Shown in pieces: positions 1-6,875 of a stretch of 35,970 bases of DNA (positions are counted from its first letter, which is position 1; the number at the start of each line of letters is the position of its first letter). The DNA lies in contig PKCL01000487.1 in NCBI GenBank assembly GCA_002862165.1, positions 1 to 35,970 on the forward strand, in the 5' to 3' direction. The position numbers and the translations under genes were made by a program. The notes under the pieces were generated by a model that searched no databases, was not told where the DNA came from, and was given only the letters and a program-made list of their open reading frames with translations. Source of the DNA: Planctomycetaceae bacterium. GTDB lineage: Bacteria > Planctomycetota > Planctomycetia > Pirellulales > UBA1268.

Positions 1-2
1 AC

Positions 3-716
3 GGAATCCCAGCGGGTCAAGTGTGTGACGAACTTGTGCAGAACATCGACCTTGCCCCAACGTATTTTGAACTCGCTAAAGCAAAGAAACCAGATGCGTA
101 CCATCTTGATGGAACAAGTCTTACTCCGCTTTTCGAAAATGGAAAAGCCCGCGATTGGCGAGATCATTTGTACCTTGAGATGGGAGCAGCGAGAGCGGCC
201 GTCACGAAGGACTGGTCTTACGTTGCTGTTCGTCACACCACGGAGCAGATCGCCACAATCGAGAAAGCCTCACCACAGAACTTACCAAAGGCGCTGTCCT
301 ACATCGGGCGTTTAGGTATAGGGGTAAGAGGGGCAGACCGCCCTGGTTTCTTTGACGAAGACCAACTGTACAGCCTGGAAAATGACCCGAATGAAATGAA
401 GAACTTAGCGAATGACAAGAGACAGGCTCATCGCCTAAGAGAAATGCGTTCTTTCATGCAGCACGACCTCGAAGTGATTGGGCGTCCTTTCGGAGAGTTC
501 ATCCTAGGACGCAACACCTCGCCCCCAGGTCAGATCAACGAACAGATTGCACTCGTCAAACAACTTGAAATCAAAGGCAAAACGGTCACAGTGCCACAAG
601 CCGTGAAGCAAAAACGTGTAATAGCCGAGGAGCCCACTCCCGACGGCAAGGCGAAAAAGAAAGCGGAACGCGAGATTCGCAAAAAAGTTCGCAAAGAAGC
701 CAAATCAAAAAGTTAG
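3..716 (+). CDS. Sulfatase family protein, C-terminal part (5' end outside window), with a Lys-rich C-terminal tail
   Basis: The frame is open from base 3 (GIPAGQVCDELVQNIDLAPT...), so the listed GTG at 21 is internal. The peptides NIDLAPTYFELA and LYSLENDPNEMKNLA match conserved C-terminal sulfatase blocks. Stop TAG at 714-716. Confidence 0.75.
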   Translation, partial: GIPAGQVCDELVQNIDLAPTYFELAKAKKPDAYHLDGTSLTPLFENGKARDWRDHLYLEMGAARAAVTKDWSYVAVRHTTEQIATIEKASPQNLPKALSYIGRLGIGVRGADRPGFFDEDQLYSLENDPNEMKNLANDKRQAHRLREMRSFMQHDLEVIGRPFGEFILGRNTSPPGQINEQIALVKQLEIKGKTVTVPQAVKQKRVIAEEPTPDGKAKKKAEREIRKKVRKEAKSKS

Positions 717-749
717 GGTCAGAGTTCCAAGAAAAGATCGATTCGGCTT

Positions 750-1901
750 TCATCCGGCATATGTCCAACCCTCGTCGCACTTCGACACGACGTGGCAACG
801 CGTTGCCACTCGCCAAAGTGCTTTCGGAATCGGTGTCGGGTCAAATCGATAGAGATCTGGAAAGTTTTCCTGCAGAGCACGCGTTGCCTTGACGGCGTTA
901 TAATGTGGGATTCGAGCATCCATGTGATGTGCGACGTGTGTACTGCCGATGCGATGGTGCATGAAATCAAGAATGAAACCATATGGTCGGTCAACCGTCA
1001 TAAAGGCTCCCTTGACCCACGTCCACTCATCGTTGTCAAAGTGTGGAATGTCCACGTCAGTATGCTGGAGCCAGGTGTACAAAACGAGCCAGAAGTTTAC
1101 CACCAAGTAGGGTCCGAGGTAGAGCGCAAGCACTGGGAGGAACCCTGAGAAATACGTCCAGCAGCCAAGCAGGCCAATCGCAGCAAGAACACCGATATCG
1201 GACAGCCAGACTTTTCGAGCCCATCCTCCTGGAAAGAGTGCAACAGAGAATGGCCAGGCAGGCCAGAAGTGATTCGTCGTCCCTCGAGTCGGGCCACCCG
1301 ACGCACCAGTCAACAGGTAGAGAGGCCATCCAGCAACAGTATTGAAGGTGATCACAACGATGGCAAAAGCCTCGTCACCGATTGTTTTATGCCACCACAG
1401 CCGGGCTGCACCGCTGGGTGTCGTATCGCGGTGCGGCACATGTGTTTCACCACTGTCGAGGTGATTGGTGCGGGCATGGTGCAGCGAGTGGCTGCGTTGC
1501 CATGAAAAATACGGCACAAGCATGATGCTATGTAAACAGTAGCCAATCAGATCCTGAAGCCAGTTATATTTCGCAAACGCCCGATGACCACACTCGTGCG
1601 CGACGACCCAGCACCCTGTGCCAGCGGTCCCGGCCACGATCGCATAGCCAATCCACGCAGGAAGACAGGACCAGGTGAACGGAATGAACAAATATGCAAG
1701 CACTCCGCTACCGAGCGTCATGGTCAGGGAAACAAACAGGTAGAGAGAAGACTTGACCAGACTGCGATCAAAGCATTCCGCTGGAATAGAAGCAAGCACC
1801 TCAGCTTTGGTCGGATACCGTTTCACGGCTTCAGAACTCAAAGATGTGCTGTCGACGGCAGCCAAGGGCAGCGGATTTTCTACAAAACAAGTACTCGACA
1901 C
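750..1901 (-). CDS. Membrane fatty-acid desaturase, FAD2/DesA-like (methyl-end, Delta12-type)
   Basis: Three histidine boxes in canonical order: HECGH (VVAHECGHRAF), HSLHH (WQRSHSLHHARTNH), HVAHH (GSTHVAHHM). The N-terminal IPAECFDRS motif is typical of FAD2/DesA, followed by hydrophobic helices. The start is GTG at 1901, with no in-frame ATG nearby. Confidence 0.85.
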   Translation of the reverse strand: MSSTCFVENPLPLAAVDSTSLSSEAVKRYPTKAEVLASIPAECFDRSLVKSSLYLFVSLTMTLGSGVLAYLFIPFTWSCLPAWIGYAIVAGTAGTGCWVVAHECGHRAFAKYNWLQDLIGYCLHSIMLVPYFSWQRSHSLHHARTNHLDSGETHVPHRDTTPSGAARLWWHKTIGDEAFAIVVITFNTVAGWPLYLLTGASGGPTRGTTNHFWPAWPFSVALFPGGWARKVWLSDIGVLAAIGLLGCWTYFSGFLPVLALYLGPYLVVNFWLVLYTWLQHTDVDIPHFDNDEWTWVKGAFMTVDRPYGFILDFMHHRIGSTHVAHHMDARIPHYNAVKATRALQENFPDLYRFDPTPIPKALWRVATRCHVVSKCDEGWTYAG

Positions 1902-2134
1902 GACGACCTTCCAACGACAGAAAAACTAGTGACATATGCGGGCGGCGGCTCTTTTCCGGTGCCCTCAGTTGTCAAAGAATAGCCGAAAGGCGGCAGCAGA
2001 CCAACGAAGCGATCTTTCAACCTCAAAAAACAGGAATTAGTGAACCGCTATTGGCTGATGGCCGGTCGGCCTCACAACGAGGAACACGACCACTCATGTT
2101 AAGATTTTGCGTTCGACCCCTTTTTGCCAGCCAA

Positions 2135-2311
2135 TTTCTTTATCAATCAAAGCACACGAAAAACTCGCCCGGCTGGGATTGCCCTTACCAGCCCACATCC
2201 GAGGTTCATTCTGATATCGTTCAGAAGTTATCAAAACAACTCCATGACTGGCAGGATAGTGTTCTAAATAGCCTGATGGGCCGAGACTACGAGGATACGG
2301 GCACTCAATAA
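2135..2311 (+). pseudogene. Relic of the 3' end of a sulfatase gene (last ~58 codons only)
   Basis: The tail of ORF 1844..2311 reads ...FLYQSKHTKNSPGWDCPYQPTSEVHSDIVQKLSKQLHDWQDSVLNSLMGRDY. This resembles the characteristic C-terminus of planctomycete sulfatases (LYDL..DP.E..NLA..HP.vv..L...L..Wq.sv..Sl.G.DY). The upstream part of the same ORF has no sulfatase features. Confidence 0.4.
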
Positions 2312-2361
2312 ATCGGACTAGTCTGCAAACTGAACCGTGTGATCTGGATTGTTCTAAAAAC

Positions 2362-3756
2362 TTATTGTCTTCGTCTTTTCCGTTTGACCTTATTTGGGTC
2401 AGGCTTTTCGGCATTCACTCTCGCTAAATAGTCGAGCAGCTGTTTTTCCATCGCATCAACCCGTTCTGGATTGTCCTGTGCGAAATCATGCCCGTGTTCC
2501 GTTGGGTTCACATGAACATGATAAAGTTCTCGCGTATCTATGCTGCCCTGCGGCGTCCACTTCACGAACAATTTGTATTCACCTTGGCGGATAGCTGATT
2601 CAAGGTAGCGGCCAGGCCTGTGAAAAATGAGAGCATTGCCTGGACGTTGCACAGATACCGTTGCTGGATCACTCAGTACGGAACAAAAACTGCCCCCATC
2701 AATCTCATCACCAAGCGAACCGGTCCCTCCGGCGAGATCGAAAAATGTCGCCAGAAAGTCATAACCCGCGACTGGAACGTGACTCACCGAACCAGCCTTC
2801 ACTCCTGGCCCTCGGATTATGAAGGGAACGCGAATCCCTCCCTCATACAGACTGTGCTTCGCGCCGGTCAGAGGAAAATTCGTCGGCAGTCGTTCCGTGT
2901 CACCGCCTGGAACCGTACCACGTCCTCCATTGTCTGCAGTAAAGAAGACGTACGTGTTGTCGGCAATCTGAAGTTCATCAAGCGTGTCCAGGAGGCGGCC
3001 AACGCCTTTGTCAAGTTCTTCCATCATGGCGGCCCAAGCCTGTGGATACCCCCGATCAGGGATGCCTTTCGCTTTGTATTTGGCCAGTGACTCTTCAGTG
3101 CAGACCACCGACAGATGCTGTGCATAGTAACTTGTCTGCACATAAAAGGGTTTTCGCGCTTCTGCCTGCTCTCTGATAAACGTAATCGCTCGATCCGTCA
3201 TAGACGGCGTCCGTTTCGCATCCTTGTTGTCGATAAAGTGTGGCGGCCCGTCGTCGTGCGAGCCTTTCACGCCAAGCGTATTCGGCATACCACCCGTGCC
3301 ATTACCCGTCATCCCATCGCTGGTGTGGTAGCCGCACTCCTCTGGTGTTGAAATCATCTGCTCACCCCATTTACCAAAATGAGCACACCGGTAGTTTGGA
3401 TTTGCACGATTGAGAGCCTTGGGAATTGTCATGTGATCGGCCGGCACCCATGGGCTTCTGAATTCGGTACCACTGCGTGCCGTTGTTGTGCCGCAAAGAA
3501 TGCTGCGTCGGGTGGGTGTACATAATGGTGCTGGTGAGTAGCCACTGGTAAATCGAATTCCCTCGTTCATGATCCGATTCATGTTCGGGGTTTCCAGATA
3601 CTCCGACCTTGATTCCGACACCCGTGGATCCATCGGCTGCGATAGCTGACTCCAGCCATGATCGTCAGTCAGGATTAGGATAATATTCGGCGGGTTCTCG
3701 GCATAGGCACTCGCAGATGAAACAGCCAGCACTGCCACTAGTAGAAATCGTTTCAT
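2362..3756 (-). CDS. Sulfatase (arylsulfatase-type, formylglycine-dependent), secreted
   Basis: Signal peptide MKRFLLVAVLAVSSASAYA from the ATG at 3756; the track start at 3777 is a TTG. Metal-site block ILILTDDHGW and FGly motif CTPTRRSILCG (C-x-P-x-R). Confidence 0.9.
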   Translation of the reverse strand: MKRFLLVAVLAVSSASAYAENPPNIILILTDDHGWSQLSQPMDPRVSESRSEYLETPNMNRIMNEGIRFTSGYSPAPLCTPTRRSILCGTTTARSGTEFRSPWVPADHMTIPKALNRANPNYRCAHFGKWGEQMISTPEECGYHTSDGMTGNGTGGMPNTLGVKGSHDDGPPHFIDNKDAKRTPSMTDRAITFIREQAEARKPFYVQTSYYAQHLSVVCTEESLAKYKAKGIPDRGYPQAWAAMMEELDKGVGRLLDTLDELQIADNTYVFFTADNGGRGTVPGGDTERLPTNFPLTGAKHSLYEGGIRVPFIIRGPGVKAGSVSHVPVAGYDFLATFFDLAGGTGSLGDEIDGGSFCSVLSDPATVSVQRPGNALIFHRPGRYLESAIRQGEYKLFVKWTPQGSIDTRELYHVHVNPTEHGHDFAQDNPERVDAMEKQLLDYLARVNAEKPDPNKVKRKRRRQ

Positions 3757-3816
3757 TATCCACCTTGCCTTTTTCAAACTTTTTTATCAATGAGTACGCA
3801 GAACGGAATCAGCAAG

Positions 3817-4854
3817 CTAATGGCCGCTGGAACCGCGATTGAATTCCAGTACTGCCTCGGAGGCCATCCGCTGCAAGTAGGCCTTTTCTTTGTTTTCGAA
3901 GACCACAGTTGGTTCTCCGCCATCTGGGTCTTTTCCATTCTTCAACTTATTCTCGGTGACTGAGTTGAACGTAAGACCTTCAGGACTCTTTCCGGTAATC
4001 GCTGCATAAAAAAGGTTCGCCACCAGAAAAGCGCAGGTCTGATTTGGATGCCCATCTCTGTGATAGCGAAAGACAAGATCGGTGCCCGGCTTGTCGGCAT
4101 CACCTGTTTGTATGTTTTTTATCGCCAGGGGCACAGGTATCACAGCTTTTGGCTGCAAGGCCTCTTTCATTCGTCTACCCACCACCGTATCTCGATCAGC
4201 AGATGTCACGTTATACGGCTCGGCCACCGGGTCCTGGTTTTGCGTTTCGGGCGACGTCATATAGAGGATGACTTGGGCGCCCTGTGCTTTCGCGATCTCA
4301 GCAAGCTTTGTCGCGTAGCGCTCATACGCCTGATTCGGCTGATCCGATACATCTCGCCAACTCTGCAGAACCACGTAGTCCCACTCTGTTTTAGGATTGT
4401 CCCGGAGCAAGGACTCGTGGTTCTTGATGGCCTTATTGATATGGCTGTGAATGCTGGCAAAGGACACGTCCGTTTTGCCGAGCGAAGCCCAGTGCTTGTC
4501 CCATTCCTCAGGATTGGGTGGGGTGTCAGACTTGAGAAATTCTTTCATTGCTTCAATGCGCTGGGCGATGGCATCTTCAGTAAGACTGCTCTCCTCAATA
4601 AAACTCTGACTGAAATAATAGGTCGAATGCTTGAACATATTCTGCCCGCCATAGATGACACGCTGCACATGCACGTCGGTCGTAGGATCACCTTCTTCGA
4701 GAATCCGCTCCACGAGGCCAGCAATATCATGCCGAGCAGTGTAACTGTTGCCAAGAAAAAGCATGTTGAGCTTTTTCGCAGGTTCTTTAGCGAACGCCGG
4801 GATGGCGAGACAGTTGAGACTCAGGGTAAGGGCAATGAGAACAGAAACCTTCAT
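3817..4854 (-). CDS. Secreted SGNH/GDSL-like hydrolase (DUF4886-like esterase)
   Basis: Signal peptide followed by block I LFLGNSYT (GNS nucleophile variant) and a C-terminal RDGHPN (D-x-x-H catalytic block). Its ATG overlaps the upstream sulfatase stop as ATGA at 4851-4854. Confidence 0.6.
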   Translation of the reverse strand: MKVSVLIALTLSLNCLAIPAFAKEPAKKLNMLFLGNSYTARHDIAGLVERILEEGDPTTDVHVQRVIYGGQNMFKHSTYYFSQSFIEESSLTEDAIAQRIEAMKEFLKSDTPPNPEEWDKHWASLGKTDVSFASIHSHINKAIKNHESLLRDNPKTEWDYVVLQSWRDVSDQPNQAYERYATKLAEIAKAQGAQVILYMTSPETQNQDPVAEPYNVTSADRDTVVGRRMKEALQPKAVIPVPLAIKNIQTGDADKPGTDLVFRYHRDGHPNQTCAFLVANLFYAAITGKSPEGLTFNSVTENKLKNGKDPDGGEPTVVFENKEKAYLQRMASEAVLEFNRGSSGH

Positions 4855-6383
4855 CCCAACCTCGCCTTCTTGGGATCCTCACTTTTTTGACCCTTTGACT
4901 TTTTCAGCCCATCGTGTGGATTGGACGGACTGTTGGGCTCGTGATGCGTCGGCACGTGCTGACGGAGCCGAATGATGACCTCCTTGCAGCTTGGATCGCT
5001 TGCAAGATTAGTGTGTTCAAACGGGTCAGTATGGTGATCGTAGAGTTCCTCCGCACCATCGGCACGCCCGCCATACCACGTATAGCGATACCGTCCGTCA
5101 GTGATGGAGTGGTTCTTGCATTGATAGGTTGTCAGCGTCGGCTGGTCCCACTCCATCGATGGATTCTTAAGCAACGTCGTGAAGCTACGCCCGTCGTTTT
5201 CAAGATTAGGCGGAAGACCGCAGAGCTCAATCAACGTTGGATACATATCGATCAAGTTCACTACACCATCACACGTTGTGTTCGGCGGCGTGACGCCGGG
5301 AACGTTCACGATAAAAGGTACGCGTGCCGATTCCTCCCACAATCCCGTTTTTCCATAGTGCATCTTCTCGCTCAAGTGCCACCCATGGTCACCCCAGATC
5401 ATGACAATGGTGTTGTCTGCGTACTGGCTCTTTTCGAGCGAGTCAAACAGGACGCCCATGCAATGGTCGACGTAACTGACACATGCGAGATAGGCACGGT
5501 TTGCCTGCTTGTGCATGTCGTTCCCATCAGCCACAAGGAATCGGCCAGTGGGTTTAAAAATTGGCTTCCCATCTTTTCGCACAATGTCGTCAAGATCATC
5601 ACGACTGAAGGGCGCGGCCTCGATCTCATCTACTTGATAGAGATCAAAGAATTCTTGCGGTACATACCAAGAGAGGTGCGGTTTCGACAGGCCCACCGCC
5701 ATGAAAAACGGTTTCCCATCAAAGTCACGTTCGAGTTGCTCTGCAGCCCATGCACATGTCGCGTAATCCTTGGTTTTTTCTGTGGGACCTTTCACGCCGC
5801 CCCACGTAAATGGAGTGCCACCTGACTTGACGCCGGCCAACGTGGGCTTTTCTTCCCATAATGTCGCGCCGTTGGAGCCCTTGGCTTTGACAAACTCGTG
5901 AAAGGCCCATTGCCCTGCATCCACCCCGCCAGGCGTATTGGGGTCGCCATGCTTGTGGAAAATCTTTCCGCGACTGAGCGTGTGGTAACCATGGTCACCG
6001 AAATACTCCGGCAAGGTGACAAGGTCTTTCGCCTTCGGGGCATGTTTCAGGTTTTGCCCATTCCCGTACACTCCCGTATGCGTCGCGTGTTTTCCGGTCA
6101 GGAGCGCTGAGCGTGTCGGACCACAGACGGTGGAAGGGCAGTAGGCCTTGTTCATGACCATCGCGTGATCCCTCGCGTAGCGGTCGAAGTTCGGTGTGAT
6201 CGCCTGCGGGTTTCCCCCCAAACAACCGACCCAGTCGTTCAGGTCATCGATGGCAATGAACAGAACGTTGTAACGCGTGCTGTTGGTTTGCTCGGTAGTC
6301 GCAGCGCGAGCATATGGAGCCGTCAGTCCGGCAAGCATCAACAAATACATGTAGTGATATTTAGTCATAAGACTCCGCCTCAT
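4851..6383 (-). CDS. Sulfatase (iduronate-2-sulfatase-like), secreted
   Basis: Block NVLFIAIDDLNDW and FGly motif CPSTVCGPTRSALLTG (C-G-P-T-R). Signal peptide present. An alternative ATG at 6368 is preceded by GGAG. Confidence 0.9.
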   Translation of the reverse strand: MRRSLMTKYHYMYLLMLAGLTAPYARAATTEQTNSTRYNVLFIAIDDLNDWVGCLGGNPQAITPNFDRYARDHAMVMNKAYCPSTVCGPTRSALLTGKHATHTGVYGNGQNLKHAPKAKDLVTLPEYFGDHGYHTLSRGKIFHKHGDPNTPGGVDAGQWAFHEFVKAKGSNGATLWEEKPTLAGVKSGGTPFTWGGVKGPTEKTKDYATCAWAAEQLERDFDGKPFFMAVGLSKPHLSWYVPQEFFDLYQVDEIEAAPFSRDDLDDIVRKDGKPIFKPTGRFLVADGNDMHKQANRAYLACVSYVDHCMGVLFDSLEKSQYADNTIVMIWGDHGWHLSEKMHYGKTGLWEESARVPFIVNVPGVTPPNTTCDGVVNLIDMYPTLIELCGLPPNLENDGRSFTTLLKNPSMEWDQPTLTTYQCKNHSITDGRYRYTWYGGRADGAEELYDHHTDPFEHTNLASDPSCKEVIIRLRQHVPTHHEPNSPSNPHDGLKKSKGQKSEDPKKARLG

Positions 6384-6585
6384 CCTTTGAATACGAGAAC
6401 TTGATCACAGTACGCATTGTGCGCTCATACGTGATGATCGCCATACTTGCTTAAGATCCTGCACAAATACAGCTTGTGGAGGAAGCCGTAGGTAATCCAA
6501 AGAGGCTATTTACTCAGTTCTAGCCTATTACGGAAAAAGGCCTCGCACCCACTCTTTGTCACGGCGGAATACGTGAAGATGAAAA

Positions 6586-6776
6586 GTGATTTTTGAAAAG
6601 CAGTTAGCCAGTGAGAAACGCCGATTACTCGATTTCGTACTATCGAACTCGACGTGGGGCAACGGCGAACTGACGGTCAAATTTCGCCAACCCTTTGATC
6701 TCATTGCACTCGGGGCGACAGAACTGAAACAGAAAGAGCCGCCGGAGTGGGCTCCGACGACCTTCATCAATTTAAG
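6586..6776 (+). pseudogene. C-terminal relic of a large serine recombinase ('recombinase family protein') running into the tRNA-Arg 3' end
   Basis: The peptide FEKQLASEKRRLLDFVLSNSTWGNGELTVKFRQPFDLIA matches, from my recollection, the conserved C-terminal block of large serine recombinases (..EKRRLLNFVLSNc.W..G.L....RQPFD.LA). The frame has stops just upstream (6574, 6580), no catalytic domain anywhere upstream, and reads antisense through the tRNA. Confidence 0.4.
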
Positions 6777-6850
<74 letters not shown>

Positions 6851-6875
6851 AGTTTCTCCTCACAACAATACACCG

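Noticed and set aside
1844-2311. The 155-aa ORF as an intact gene
   Set aside because: Its 5' part overlaps the desaturase start region with Arg-rich nonsense-like sequence. Only the last ~58 codons resemble anything (a sulfatase C-terminus).
4048-5825. Long plus-strand ORFs (4048..4890, 280 aa; 4914..5825, 303 aa) opposite the esterase and sulfatase genes
   Set aside because: They lie entirely antisense to genes with strong motif support. Their translations are Arg/Leu/Val-rich with no recognisable motif, which is typical of shadow ORFs.
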